NCBI GenBank assembly: GCA_041494445.1
Contig: JBGQAU010000006.1
Coordinates: 1 to 58,491 of the forward strand
DNA: 58,491 bases
Direction: 5' to 3'
Source: Acidobacteriota bacterium
GTDB taxonomy: Bacteria > Acidobacteriota > Polarisedimenticolia > Polarisedimenticolales > JAIQFR01
The notes beneath the pieces were generated by a model. That model searched no databases and was not told the origin of the DNA. It saw only the letters and a program-made list of their open reading frames with translations. A program made the position numbers and the translations under genes. Positions 1-10,285 of the stretch are shown piece after piece. The first letter of the stretch is position 1; each line of letters begins with the position of its first letter.

Positions 1-3000
1 CCGTCAGCGAGGGCCCGCAGACAGCGGTGTCGCAACCCTCATCGATAACCCCGTCGCAGTTGTTGTCCTTGCCGTCGCAAACCTCCGTGGCTCCGGGGTG
101 GACCGACGGATCCCCGTCGTTGCAATCCCCGCCGGCCGCCACGTACCCCGTCGGTGCCGTGCACGCCTGGACCGTCACCGCGGAGTTCCCGTACCCGTCA
201 CCGTCCGCGTCCTGGTAGAACGTCAGTAGCACCCCGTTGTCCACCGCCCCGTTACAGTCGTTGTCGATCCCGTCGCACACTTCCGGCGTCGGGGTCCCCG
301 GCAGGCAGGAATCCTGCACGGCTCCGCCCACGCAGCTCGTCACGCCGGTCGAGGCGCAAGCCCCCACGCCGCAGCTCGTCGCCACCGGGACGTACCCCTC
401 GTCGGTCGACCCATTGCAGTTGTCGTCGATGCCGTTGCAGTTCGCGTCCGACGCCCCAGGGTGGACCGCCGGATTCGTATCGTCGCAGTCCCCGCCCACC
501 GCGGCGTACCCCGTGGGCGCCCCGCACTCCAGCTGCGTCAGCGCGGAGTTCCCGTACCCGTCTTGGTCCACGTCCCGGTACCAAATCTGCGGAATGCACT
601 CGAGCCGGATCGTCGCCCATCCGAAGTACGGGTAGACCAGGGTGCTCGTGGGCAGCAGGTCGGCGTCCCGGACGTAGATGTTGAACGTGTCGTCGATGAT
701 GTCGATCGTTCCCAGATCGTACTCCGCATGGGCCTCGTCGCCTCCCGCCCCACCCACGGTATCGACATGGAACGCCTTCGGCGCGTCGGGCTGGAAGCCG
801 TAGAAGTAGCGCATGTCACGGCCGGCCGCGTGCGTGTACAGCTTTCCGTACATGCGGTACGGGCCGTTCTGGATGCCGATCGCATAGAACCTCATCACGG
901 GCAGGCCGTAGTCCTCTTCGTTGTCCCCTGCGAACACCGTGGGATATGTGCGGAACGGAGACAAGAACTCGGTCCACTGGCCATCCGTGTCGCTCAGCGC
1001 GCCGGAGTCCGTCGTGGTGGCGAGCACCGGATCCTGGTGGTTGTCCTCCCAGCAATTGATCGTGATCGTCCCGCCCTGCGGCTCCAGCACGTCGAAGGCG
1101 TTGCTCGTCCCGCTCGCCGCCCCGTCGGTCGCCGTGAGGGTCACTCCCGTGGTGGACGTCGCGATCGCCACGTTCCCGGCCCAGACGCCCGCCGTGAAGG
1201 ATCCCGTGGCGGTCGGGGCGACCGTCCCCGTGGTATCGCTCAATTGAGCCGGTCCCGCGTAGGTCGTGAACACCCGTCCGTCCTGGTCGTACGCCGTGAT
1301 CCGGACCCCGAACGGCAATCCCGCGTACACCGCCCCCGCGATCGTGTCGAAACCGAAGTGATCGAGGACGGGCGTGTACACCTCCACCGACCCGTAGCCC
1401 GTCACGGCGCCGCAGGAAGCGGCGACGTTATTCGTGAAGACACCCGGAGTCGTCCCCGCGGTGAAGAGTCCGTTCGAGTCGATCGTCCCGCCGGCGGTCG
1501 CCGCCCACGAGTAGCTGAGGCCCGGGATCGCGTTGTTGCTCGCATCGTAGCCCTGCGCCGTGAACGGCTGGGTCCCCCCGGCGGGAACCCTGACCGACGC
1601 CGGCGTGACCACGACGTGGTCGAGCGGTCCGGTCAACTGGTGCACGACCTGCGCCGACCCGGCGAATTGGGGCACGTCGATCAGCGTCTCCGCGATCCCG
1701 CTCGCGTTGTCGGTGAACACGTAGAACTGGGTCGGGATGTCCGTCGTCCCCGTCAGGGTCGTCGTCAGATCCCGCGTCACCGTATCGTAGTCGCTGGTCG
1801 AAATGTCCGAAGTCCGCGTCGCCCGGACGTACCGGCAGGCGTCGTCCATCGTCACGTAGCGCGGGCTGTAGCTCGCCAGATTGCTCGTGATCCCGGTCAG
1901 GATGCTCTGCCAGTTGCTCGGGGCGGTCGTCTGAATGTAGTAGTCGTGGGTGAAAAGCGTGGCCAGGGCCATGCTGTCGAACGCTCGCTCGACCTGCTGC
2001 GTTCCACGCTGGACGCTGTACGCGACGTCGTTGCTCGGAAGCCACTGGATTCCGGTTCCGTCCCGGATCTCGGTGATGCAATTGAAGAAATCATTGGCCA
2101 ACTCGGGATGCCCGGGAATGCTCAGATAGTCCGCGTACCAGACGGGGAGCGAGCCTTCGGAGGACCCGGTCTCGTACAACCGATAGGGGCCCAGCTGGAG
2201 CCAGGGCGAACCCCAGTGTTGGCCGGGCACCATGTGCGTGCCGACGAACTCCACGCCCCAACCCTGCAAACCCGCGAATACGTTCGTCCCGAACTCGTAG
2301 GTTTGTGGGACGACGAACTTCGCGATCGGAATCTGGTGCGCCTGGTGCCACGCCGTGGCCTCGGCGAAATACTGCGCGACGGTCGCGTCGGAGAAATCCG
2401 TCTGGTTGGCGTGGTCGTAGTAGAACATGTGGTCCGAGCCGCCCGAGTTGCGGGCATGAACCGAGGCCGTCGCCTGGCCCGCTTGGACCAGCGTCGAAAT
2501 CGACGCCGCGCTGGTGTCCGACACTTCCTCATAGAACAACCCGAGCCAGGGCTTGAAGCCGAACTGGTTGGCGACCGAAACCCACCACGGGGGGTCCGCC
2601 ACGTCGTCGACCCGCATGGTCAACAAGTGCGGCAGCCCCTGCATCACGAACGGCCTGCGAGCCGCCCAGACCATCGACCGCCAGACCAGGTCGTCCAGGC
2701 CGGACATGGGCCCCTTCACCGACGTCGATATCCAGTTGTAGCTGCCCCATTGCACCGCGCGACCCAGTCCGTAGGCGCGGACCGCCAGGAACGGCTGGCT
2801 CGCTGCCGTGACATCGGCCAGGGAGCTCGCCGCGGGCGGCAGCACGACCCCCGCGAGCGTCATGGCGCCGGTGGTGATCGTCTCCCCCACGCTGTGCCGC
2901 GCCGTGATGTAGTGCGACCCCGCGGCCGGAGTGAACGTGACGTCGTGGTTCGCGGGAGGCGAGACGTAGCCGAAGCCGAAGATGTCCTGGACGAACTGGT

Positions 3001-3373
3001 ACCGGGGCGCGCTCCCGTTCGGGGAGAGATCGTTGTCGAAATTGACCAATCCGGTGCCGTTGGCGACGGCGCTCGAGATGTACGACTCCTCGGTCGAGTC
3101 CAGTTTCGAGTGCGAGATGTCGAGCTGCCGGTGGCCGATGATGATCAGGGCGTAGTCGCCGATCTCGGGCCCCACGGGCGTGGTGGCCACGTCGAGAACC
3201 GTGTACGGCACGCCGAAGTTGTCGAGGTACGGCCGGATGAAGTGCTGCGCGTCGGCGTAACTGGCGCTCGCAGAGTTGACCAGCAGCACGGCGTCGGCAC
3301 GTCGGTCGGCCCAGGCCGGCGGGATGAGAAGCACGGTCGCTAGGAGAACCCCCGCCCAACACCCCTTCAGCAT
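1..3373 (-). CDS. Large secreted modular protein (>=1124 aa, 3' end beyond the window): putative polysaccharide deacetylase-like domain, Ig-like domains and Cys/Asp-rich MopE-type metal-binding repeats
   Basis: Translated by hand; absent from the ORF track. GGAGG precedes ATG 3373. Signal peptide MLKGCWAGVLLATVLLIPPAWA, then LTMRVDD...SVHA...FTHDY motifs, an Ig-like segment (HVVVTPASVRVPAGGTQPFTAQGYD) and DCDD..HPGA..CNGIDDNCNG..DEG repeats. The frame is consistent at both ends. Confidence 0.9.
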   Translation of the reverse strand, partial: MLKGCWAGVLLATVLLIPPAWADRRADAVLLVNSASASYADAQHFIRPYLDNFGVPYTVLDVATTPVGPEIGDYALIIIGHRQLDISHSKLDSTEESYISSAVANGTGLVNFDNDLSPNGSAPRYQFVQDIFGFGYVSPPANHDVTFTPAAGSHYITARHSVGETITTGAMTLAGVVLPPAASSLADVTAASQPFLAVRAYGLGRAVQWGSYNWISTSVKGPMSGLDDLVWRSMVWAARRPFVMQGLPHLLTMRVDDVADPPWWVSVANQFGFKPWLGLFYEEVSDTSAASISTLVQAGQATASVHARNSGGSDHMFYYDHANQTDFSDATVAQYFAEATAWHQAHQIPIAKFVVPQTYEFGTNVFAGLQGWGVEFVGTHMVPGQHWGSPWLQLGPYRLYETGSSEGSLPVWYADYLSIPGHPELANDFFNCITEIRDGTGIQWLPSNDVAYSVQRGTQQVERAFDSMALATLFTHDYYIQTTAPSNWQSILTGITSNLASYSPRYVTMDDACRYVRATRTSDISTSDYDTVTRDLTTTLTGTTDIPTQFYVFTDNASGIAETLIDVPQFAGSAQVVHQLTGPLDHVVVTPASVRVPAGGTQPFTAQGYDASNNAIPGLSYSWAATAGGTIDSNGLFTAGTTPGVFTNNVAASCGAVTGYGSVEVYTPVLDHFGFDTIAGAVYAGLPFGVRITAYDQDGRVFTTYAGPAQLSDTTGTVAPTATGSFTAGVWAGNVAIATSTTGVTLTATDGAASGTSNAFDVLEPQGGTITINCWEDNHQDPVLATTTDSGALSDTDGQWTEFLSPFRTYPTVFAGDNEEDYGLPVMRFYAIGIQNGPYRMYGKLYTHAAGRDMRYFYGFQPDAPKAFHVDTVGGAGGDEAHAEYDLGTIDIIDDTFNIYVRDADLLPTSTLVYPYFGWATIRLECIPQIWYRDVDQDGYGNSALTQLECGAPTGYAAVGGDCDDTNPAVHPGASDANCNGIDDNCNGSTDEGYVPVATSCGVGACASTGVTSCVGGAVQDSCLPGTPTPEVCDGIDNDCNGAVDNGVLLTFYQDADGDGYGNSAVTVQACTAPTGYVAAGGDCNDGDPSVHPGATEVCDGKDNNCDGVIDEGCDTAVCGPSLT
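35..490 (-). repeat. Three coding Cys/Asp-rich motifs (CDGxDNxCDG..DEG type), interleaved with two DxDxDGYG motifs
   Basis: Translation gives DCNDGDPSVHPGATEVCDGKDNNCDGVIDEG, EVCDGIDNDCNGAVDNG and DCDDTNPAVHPGASDANCNGIDDNCNGSTDEG. Confidence 0.85.
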
Positions 3374-3447
3374 CGCGAACCTCCAGGTGTCGTGGTCCCT
3401 TCGGAAGCCAATCCCGATCCCAAACATACATCATTCCGCGAAAGAAA

Positions 3448-4896
3448 CTATCCTGCACGTACGGAGTGGGTTACAGGTTTGTTACTGGTCATCACCCGGC
3501 GAGAAAGCCGCGCCGCCGGCGGCTGCGGCGCCGAGCCGGTAGCCGCCGCCATCGGAATCGTCACCGCGAGGAGCAGGGCGACCGCCGGGATGCGCAACGA
3601 AAAGTCCGCGAAGCTGAACACGGCGATGGCCACGACCGCGGCGGACGCGGCCGCGCGACCGAGATCCTCTCCACGCCCCGTGGACCCGCCGCCGGGCCGC
3701 CGCAATAGCGCCAGGAAGAGAAGGGTCGCTCCGGCCAGGAAAACGATCGGACCTCCCTCGACGAGGGACTCGATCCAATCGTTGTGCGCGTGGTCCCAGC
3801 CGCCCACCACGGTGGGAGGCCGGTAGGACTCGAACGCGCTCTCGAAGGTTCCGAGACCGGCGCCGATGGCCCAGTGGTCCGGGATCATTCCCAGGGAGGC
3901 CCGCCACACGGGCACCCGGCCGCTCAGCGTCGCGAGGTCGCTGCGCTCGGAAACGAAGCGCTCGCCGGGCGCTCGCACCTGCTGCCACAGGAGCAGGGCG
4001 GTCGGGAGCAGGAGCGCGACGGCGATCAGCCATGCGCGGGAGCGACGGAGCGCCGCCCGGTAGGCGAAGAACGCGGTGGACGCCAGCGCGACCGCGAGGC
4101 CGCCTCGGGAGTAGGAGAGGATCACGCCGACCCAGATCGCCGCGGCCGCCGCCGCGCCCAGGAGCATCCGCCCGCGGCCCGCCTCGCTCACCCGGAGGAG
4201 CCGTTCGCGGAACGGACGCGCCCTCGGCAGGCTCCTTGCGCCGTCGAGCATGAGTCCGAGCGCGAAGGGCAGGGCCATGGCGAGATAGCCGGCGAAGTGA
4301 TTGCGGTTGATGAAGGTTCCGCTCGCCTCGTCCGCGTAGTACTTCTTCGCGTAGGCGAAGATGTGCTGGTGCCCCGTCAGGTACTCCGCGGCGCCGTAAA
4401 CGGCCTGGAAGGCGCCGGAGGCGGCGATCGCCCAAGCCGCCTGGCGCAGGTGCGCCGGCGTCCGTAGCGCGACCGCGGCGGCGAGGCCCAGCAGGACGTA
4501 CGCCATGACGCGCAGGAGAGCGTCCGTCGTCGCCGGCGGCTCGAGGCTCTCGGGCGACCACCCTTTCGGAAGATCCGGGACGACGGCCGAGATCCCCGCG
4601 CGCGCGGTCGCGCTTTGCGGCGCGAGGAGCCGCGTCCAGCCGGCGGGGGCGGGGAGGAGCTGGACGACGCCGATCCCGACGAGGATCGCGGCGGGCAGGA
4701 GCATCCGCCGGGCGCTCCGGGCCGGCATTCCGGGTTCGCGAGCCGCGACGAGGCACGCCAAGATCGCGAGCGCCGCGGCCGCGATCTCGATCGCGAGGAC
4801 GGCCCACGGCTCGACGCTGCCGAAAGGGAGTGGGGCAGAGACGAGGAGTGCGAGGAGCGCCCATCTCAGGCCCGAGCGTGCGGTCTCGAGGGACAT
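3448..4896 (-). CDS. O-antigen ligase / Wzy_C family membrane protein
   Basis: Polytopic hydrophobic protein with GTFINRNHFAGYL, SYSRGG, GAGLGTF and HAHNDWIE motifs. Confidence 0.88.
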   Translation of the reverse strand: MSLETARSGLRWALLALLVSAPLPFGSVEPWAVLAIEIAAAALAILACLVAAREPGMPARSARRMLLPAAILVGIGVVQLLPAPAGWTRLLAPQSATARAGISAVVPDLPKGWSPESLEPPATTDALLRVMAYVLLGLAAAVALRTPAHLRQAAWAIAASGAFQAVYGAAEYLTGHQHIFAYAKKYYADEASGTFINRNHFAGYLAMALPFALGLMLDGARSLPRARPFRERLLRVSEAGRGRMLLGAAAAAAIWVGVILSYSRGGLAVALASTAFFAYRAALRRSRAWLIAVALLLPTALLLWQQVRAPGERFVSERSDLATLSGRVPVWRASLGMIPDHWAIGAGLGTFESAFESYRPPTVVGGWDHAHNDWIESLVEGGPIVFLAGATLLFLALLRRPGGGSTGRGEDLGRAAASAAVVAIAVFSFADFSLRIPAVALLLAVTIPMAAATGSAPQPPAARLSRRVMTSNKPVTHSVRAG

Positions 4897-4950
4897 CGGG
4901 CGAGAGTCTACCAGGGAACCCGGGACCGCCGCCGCGGGAGAGCCGCCGGC

Positions 4951-7257
4951 TTACGCCTGCCCCGCGCGCTGCCGCCCGCGCCGCCACCGCGAGACGGCGG
5001 TGTTCGACTCGGGGCGGCCTTGCTCGCCGTAGTGCCGGTAGTACTTATACCGGTAATAGTAGTAGTACCCGCCCGATTCCTGGATGGCGTTGAGGACGGC
5101 GCCGATCACGCGGCCCCGAGCCTGGCGAAGGCGTCCCGCCGCCTGGGCGACCGATGTCCGTGAGGTCTTCCCGGCCCGCACCACGATGATCGTCGCCTCC
5201 ATCCGCGACGAGAGGATCACGCTGTCGGCGACCTGGATGGCGGGCGGCGAGTCCAGGATCACGTGGTCGAAGCGGCCCTCTTCGATCAGCCGCTCCACCA
5301 GCGCCTCGAGGCTCGAGGCGCCGAGGAGCTCGCTGGGATTGGGAGGGATCGGCCCGCTGGTGATGGCCAGGAGGTTCGGGACCTCGGTGTCCTGGATCAA
5401 GTCCGCGGGCTGCGCGTTGCCGCTCAGGTAGCTCGACAGTCCCGCCGAGTTGGAGATGTGCAGCATCCGGTGGAGGCGGGGCTTCCTGAGGTCGGCGTCC
5501 ACGAGCAGCACGCGCCGTCCCATCTGGGTCAGGACGATGCCGAGGTTCAGAGCGATCGTGGACTTGCCGTCGCCGGGCTCGGCGGAGGTGACGACGATCG
5601 TGCGAGGCGGGCGGTCCGCGGAGGCCAGGAGAAGCGAGGTCCGGAGGTTCTTGAACGCCTCGGCGAAGGCCGAGCGCGGGTCGAGGTGGCTGGCGAGGTC
5701 CACGAGCTGGGAGGACGCCCCCGGGCTCTTCTCCGATCCCTCCGTCACGACGCGGAGCGGCTGGAAGAGCGGGACGTACCCCAGCGCGGGCAGGGCCGCG
5801 ACCCGCTCCAGGTCCTGCTCCGTCTTGACCGTGTTGTCGAGGTGGTCGAGCAGGAACGCCATCCCGACGCCCAGGCCGAGGCCGAACACCACCGAGAGAG
5901 CGAGGTTGAGGAGCTTCTTGGGGCGCACGGGACTCCGCGGCGGCTCCGCGCGGTCCACGACGCGGACGTTGCTCGCCCTCGTGTCGGCGAGCCTCTCCGA
6001 GGTCGCCGTCTCGCTCTTGCGGGCGACGAGGTCGGACAGGACCTTCCGCCGCGTCTCGATCTCGGTCTTCAAGCTCGCGTACTCGATGCCGTCCCGATTG
6101 ACGCGCTGGACCTCCTGCTTTTGCGCGTTGACCTGCAGCTCGAGACCGGCGACTTCGCCTCGGACCCGGTCGTAGTCCGCCTTGGCGCCGCCTCTCACCT
6201 GGGCGGCGATGTTCTCGGATTCGATGCGGAGGCGGTCCCGGGCGATGTCCAGCTCCTGCTGGAGCTGTTGGAGCGGCGGCCAGTCCGGCTTGAAGCGCTC
6301 GGACATCTGGCTGTGCCGGCGCTCGACCTCGGCGTACTGCTGCCTCAGGTTCGAGATGAGCGGGGAGTTCAGGACCTCGGGAAGCGATTCGGGCGCGACG
6401 CCCCTGGCCGCCTCGTAGCGCGCCTCGGCCAGGGCGAGCCGGCCCCGGGCGTCCACGTACCGGGTGTTGATGTCCGAGAGCGCCTGCTGGCTGATGTCGC
6501 GGGCGCCGTCGCTGACCGACAGGATCTCCTTCCTCTGGCCGTACTCCTGGAGCTTCCGCTCGAGGCCCGCGATCTCCTGCTGGAGCCGCGCGACCTCCTT
6601 GGTCAGGAATTCGGTGGCCTGGCTCGTCGTGCTGTACCGGGCGTCGAAGTTGAACTGCTGGTAGGCCTCCGCCACCGCGTTCGCGACGTCCGCCGCGAGG
6701 GTCCGGTCGCGGTCGGTGAAGGCGATCTTCACGAGCCGGCTGTTGCGAATGGGCTGGATGGAGAGGTTCTTCTGGATGAAGCTGAGCGCCCGGCGGAGCG
6801 GGTCGCCGCCGGGAGCGGGACTCGCGATCATCGAGCGCACCGCGTCGCCCATCCTCTGGATCGGGGACTTCCTCCTCGCGACGAACTCGGGCCGGTTCAT
6901 CAGGTCGAGCCGCTCGGCGGCGATCCTGATCACCGTCCGGCTCTGCAGGATCTTGTACTGGGTCTGGTAAAAGTCCTGGTACGCGCTGTACGCCGAGTCG
7001 ACGTTGACGATGTCCTTGAAGCCGAGGATCTCCGGTCCCTGCCGCTCGATCTGCAGCGTCGTGACGGCCTCGTACTCGCGGGTCGCGGAGACCGAGTAGA
7101 TCAGCGCCGCGGCCACGAAGATGCCGAGGCAGGCGAACACGACGACGCGCCGCGCGACCAGGATCCGCCAGTAGTCGAGCAGGTGGATCGTCTCCTCCCG
7201 GCCGTCCTGGGACGCCGCCCCCGGGGGCATGGCCGTGGAGTCGCTGGGATCGTTCAT
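4951..7257 (-). CDS. wzc: Polysaccharide co-polymerase / bacterial tyrosine autokinase (Wzc/GumC-CapB fusion)
   Basis: Two TM segments flanking a coiled-coil region, Walker [20 protein letters not shown] and a C-terminal Tyr cluster [12 protein letters not shown]. Confidence 0.93.
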   Translation of the reverse strand: MNDPSDSTAMPPGAASQDGREETIHLLDYWRILVARRVVVFACLGIFVAAALIYSVSATREYEAVTTLQIERQGPEILGFKDIVNVDSAYSAYQDFYQTQYKILQSRTVIRIAAERLDLMNRPEFVARRKSPIQRMGDAVRSMIASPAPGGDPLRRALSFIQKNLSIQPIRNSRLVKIAFTDRDRTLAADVANAVAEAYQQFNFDARYSTTSQATEFLTKEVARLQQEIAGLERKLQEYGQRKEILSVSDGARDISQQALSDINTRYVDARGRLALAEARYEAARGVAPESLPEVLNSPLISNLRQQYAEVERRHSQMSERFKPDWPPLQQLQQELDIARDRLRIESENIAAQVRGGAKADYDRVRGEVAGLELQVNAQKQEVQRVNRDGIEYASLKTEIETRRKVLSDLVARKSETATSERLADTRASNVRVVDRAEPPRSPVRPKKLLNLALSVVFGLGLGVGMAFLLDHLDNTVKTEQDLERVAALPALGYVPLFQPLRVVTEGSEKSPGASSQLVDLASHLDPRSAFAEAFKNLRTSLLLASADRPPRTIVVTSAEPGDGKSTIALNLGIVLTQMGRRVLLVDADLRKPRLHRMLHISNSAGLSSYLSGNAQPADLIQDTEVPNLLAITSGPIPPNPSELLGASSLEALVERLIEEGRFDHVILDSPPAIQVADSVILSSRMEATIIVVRAGKTSRTSVAQAAGRLRQARGRVIGAVLNAIQESGGYYYYYRYKYYRHYGEQGRPESNTAVSRWRRGRQRAGQA

Positions 7258-7350
7258 CGTGCCTCCCGCTTCTTCCGCCCGATGGGTGGCCCAACCCCAC
7301 CCTTACCGCCTCGACGGGCGACGGGCTCGCGTCGTCGCGAAGGTCGGCTC

Positions 7351-7379
7351 AGTATCCCGAGGATCGACGGAGGCGTCAA
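7351..7379 (-). promoter_or_regulatory. Putative sigma70 promoter for the wzc operon
   Basis: TTGACG-N17-GATACT on the minus strand. Confidence 0.55.
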
Positions 7380-7445
7380 GGGTCGCCCCGCCTCCCGCCG
7401 TATGTTGTAGTCTTGTCTTCCGGACCCTCGGGGGGAGAAAACGCG

Positions 7446-8492
7446 ATGAAGAAAGCGCTGATCACAGGGATCACGGGCCAGGACGGGTCGTACCTGACCG
7501 AGCTCCTGCTCGAGAAGGGGTACGAGGTGCACGGGATCATCCGGCGGGCGAGCACCTTCAACACCGACCGGATCGACCACATCTACCGCGACCCGCACGA
7601 CGCCGGGACCCGGCTGTTCCTGCACTACGGCGACCTTTCGGACGGGACCGGCGTGAGGCGCGTGCTCGAGAAGGTTCAGCCGGACGAGGTGTACAACCTG
7701 GGGGCGCAGTCTCACGTCAAGGTCAGCTTCGAGGCGCCGCTGTACACCGGGGACGTGGTGGGGCTCGGCACGCTCCGCCTCCTCGAGGCGCTGCGCGACC
7801 ACATGACAGGAAACGGCCGGCAGGTCCGGATCTACCAGGCCGGCTCGTCGGAGATGTTCGGCGCGGCGCCGCCGCCGCAGAGCGAGAAGACCCCGTTCTA
7901 CCCCCGCAGCCCCTACGCGGTCAGCAAGGTCGCCGCGCACTGGTACGGCGTGAACTACCGCGAGGCGTACGGGATGTTCATCGCCAACGGCATCCTGTTC
8001 AACCACGAGTCGCCGCGGCGCGGCGAGACGTTCGTCACCCGCAAGATCACCCGCGCCCTCGGGCGGATCAAGGTGGGGCTCCAGAAGAAGCTGTACCTCG
8101 GCAACCTCGACGCGAGGCGCGACTGGGGGTTCGCGGGGGACTACGTCGAGGCGATGTGGCGGATGCTCCAGCGGGACGGGCCGGACGACTACGTGGTGGC
8201 CACCGGCGTCGCGCACTCCGTGCGGGAGTACTTCGACGAGGCGTGCGCCTGCTTGGGCCTCGATCCCACGGGGCTCGTGGAGGTGGACCCGCGCTATTTC
8301 CGGCCGACCGAGGTGGACCACCTCCTCGGCGACCCGGGCAAGGCCCGGGAGAAGCTGGGCTGGGCGCCGAAGGTGGGCTTCAAGGAGCTGGTCCGGATGA
8401 TGGCCGATCACGACCTCGAGCTGGCCCGCCAGGAGAAGACCTTGAGGGACGCCGGCCACCGGTTCGTGGCCCGAGGTGAGCGCGGTGAATGA
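7446..8492 (+). CDS. gmd: GDP-mannose 4,6-dehydratase
   Basis: [33 protein letters not shown] and [17 protein letters not shown]; start taken at ATG 7446. Confidence 0.97.
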   Translation: MKKALITGITGQDGSYLTELLLEKGYEVHGIIRRASTFNTDRIDHIYRDPHDAGTRLFLHYGDLSDGTGVRRVLEKVQPDEVYNLGAQSHVKVSFEAPLYTGDVVGLGTLRLLEALRDHMTGNGRQVRIYQAGSSEMFGAAPPPQSEKTPFYPRSPYAVSKVAAHWYGVNYREAYGMFIANGILFNHESPRRGETFVTRKITRALGRIKVGLQKKLYLGNLDARRDWGFAGDYVEAMWRMLQRDGPDDYVVATGVAHSVREYFDEACACLGLDPTGLVEVDPRYFRPTEVDHLLGDPGKAREKLGWAPKVGFKELVRMMADHDLELARQEKTLRDAGHRFVARGERGE

Positions 8493-9426
8493 GACGGCGC
8501 GGATCTACGTCGCCGGCCACTCGGGCCTCGTGGGCTCCGCCATCGTGCGCCGGCTGCGCGAGGCCGGGTACCGGAACGTCGTCACCCGGGAGCTCGACGA
8601 GCTGGACCTGACGCGGCAGGAGCCGACCGAGAGGTTCTTCGCGGAGGCCCGCCCCGAGTACGTGTTCCTCGCGGCGGCGCGGGTCGGGGGGATCCTGGCG
8701 AACGACGCGTACCCCGCGGACTTCATCCGGGACAACATCCTGATCGAGATGCACGTCATCCACGCCGCGTGGCGGAACGGAGCGGCGAAGCTGCTGTTCC
8801 TCGGGTCCTCGTGCATCTACCCGAAGCTCGCCCCGCAGCCGATGCGCGAGGACGCGCTGCTCACCGGCCCCCTCGAGCCGACCAACGAGGCGTACGCCGT
8901 CGCGAAGATCGCCGGGATCACGATGTGCCAGTCGTATCGGCGGCAGCACGGCTTCCACTCGATCTGCCTGATGCCGACCAACCTCTACGGCCCGGGAGAC
9001 AGCTTCCACCCGGAGAACTCGCACGTGCTTCCCGCGCTGATCCGGAAGTTCCACGCCGCGAAGACGGCCGGGTCCCCCACCGTGACCGTTTGGGGAACGG
9101 GGAAGCCGAGGAGGGAGTTCCTGCACGTGGACGACCTCGCCGACGCCACGCTGTACCTGATGGAGCGGTACGACGGCGCCGAGATCGTCAACGTGGGATG
9201 CGGGGAAGACCAGACGATCGCGGAGCTCGCCGGGACGGTCCGCGACGTCACGGGCTACCGCGGCGAGATCGTGTACGACGCGTCGAAGCCGGACGGGACT
9301 CCGCGAAAGCTCCTCGACGTGTCGAAGCTTTTCGGGCTCGGCTGGCGGCCGCGCATCCCGCTGCGCGAGGGGCTCGCCTCGACCTATCGCTGGTACGTGG
9401 AGCACGTCGCGAAAAGCGCGCCGTGA
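8476..9426 (+). CDS. fcl: GDP-L-fucose synthase
   Basis: [26 protein letters not shown] and PTNLYGP; overlaps gmd. Confidence 0.96.
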   Translation: MSAVNETARIYVAGHSGLVGSAIVRRLREAGYRNVVTRELDELDLTRQEPTERFFAEARPEYVFLAAARVGGILANDAYPADFIRDNILIEMHVIHAAWRNGAAKLLFLGSSCIYPKLAPQPMREDALLTGPLEPTNEAYAVAKIAGITMCQSYRRQHGFHSICLMPTNLYGPGDSFHPENSHVLPALIRKFHAAKTAGSPTVTVWGTGKPRREFLHVDDLADATLYLMERYDGAEIVNVGCGEDQTIAELAGTVRDVTGYRGEIVYDASKPDGTPRKLLDVSKLFGLGWRPRIPLREGLASTYRWYVEHVAKSAP

Positions 9427-9427
9427 C

Positions 9428-9474
9428 AAGAGAAACCCGGGGCGGCCGGGACTGCACCGGCGGGCCCGAGTTTC
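9428..9474 (-). terminator. Stem-loop between convergent genes, probable terminator
   Basis: Minus strand GAAACUCGGG...CCCGGGUUUC followed by UCUU. Confidence 0.5.
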
Positions 9475-9592
9475 AAGGCCTCCTTAGAAGGAGGTCACCT
9501 GATAATTACTTCGAGAAGGACGCGGGGTCAAGCACAAAATTGACGACGGTCGACGATCTCTTCGCGGCAGCGTGCCGCATCGGCGGTGCGGA

Positions 9593-10108
9593 TCACGGGG
9601 CCGAAGGACTCGCCGGCGTCTCGTCCGTCGCGGAGCCGATGATCAGGCCGACGACCACCGCGGCACCCACCACGATCAACGTCGCGGCGAGCGGGTTGTT
9701 CCAGAGCGATGCGAGGGACTTTTTCCGAGGAGCCTTGGCCTCCTCTCCCGCGGCCGCCGATGAGACCGCGAGCTGGATCGCCCGGCGCTCTCCCGCCGCG
9801 AGGCGGAGCGGCGAGTCCACCGGGTAGATCCCGCCGTTCGACTCGACCGCGAGATCGTACGCCGCGGGCGGGAGGCCGGCGATCTCGAACCCTCCGTCCG
9901 CACCCGTCGTTCCGGAGACGACGATCCTTTGAGTCCGCCGTTCCCCGACGTGAACCCGAGCGCCGGCGAGCGGGGCCCGGGTCGAGGCGGTGACGACCCG
10001 GCCGGCCAGCGTGGCGGAAGCGCTCCCCGCGTGCACCGGCACGAAAGGGATCTCGAGCGCGACGACCACTGCCGCCACGATCCACCGGGAGACGGTGCCA
10101 TGTCGCAT
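9593..10108 (-). CDS. Secreted carboxypeptidase-regulatory-like domain protein with a C-terminal TM helix
   Basis: AAGGAGG precedes ATG 10108; signal peptide, LAGRV...PLAGARV...GGFEIAGLPPAAYDL and a hydrophobic C-terminus. Confidence 0.75.
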   Translation of the reverse strand: MRHGTVSRWIVAAVVVALEIPFVPVHAGSASATLAGRVVTASTRAPLAGARVHVGERRTQRIVVSGTTGADGGFEIAGLPPAAYDLAVESNGGIYPVDSPLRLAAGERRAIQLAVSSAAAGEEAKAPRKKSLASLWNNPLAATLIVVGAAVVVGLIIGSATDETPASPSAP

Positions 10109-10136
10109 CAGAGTGGGCCCTCCTTGGACTGTCACC

Positions 10137-10166
10137 AATATGGATGATCCGGGTGGGCGGGGTCAA
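10137..10166 (-). promoter_or_regulatory. Putative sigma70 promoter
   Basis: TTGACC-N18-CATATT about 30 nt upstream of ATG 10108. Confidence 0.45.
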
Positions 10167-10285
10167 GCGGACGAAGCCGCCGAGATCCGCGGGCTATCCA
10201 TGAAGACATTGGGCCGGGATTGGGTGGTTGCTGTTGGCGTGTCGTCGGGCTGCTATAGTTCTCGCACCCTCGTGGAGGCGAACGC

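Noticed and set aside
461-3343. 960-aa plus-strand ORF
   Set aside because: It is the antisense mirror frame of the real minus-strand gene and has an Arg/Val-rich composition with no motifs.
9477-9500. 16S rRNA 3'-end fragment (CCTCCTT/AAGGAGGT)
   Set aside because: Only the short SD/anti-SD words match; there is no further rRNA similarity.
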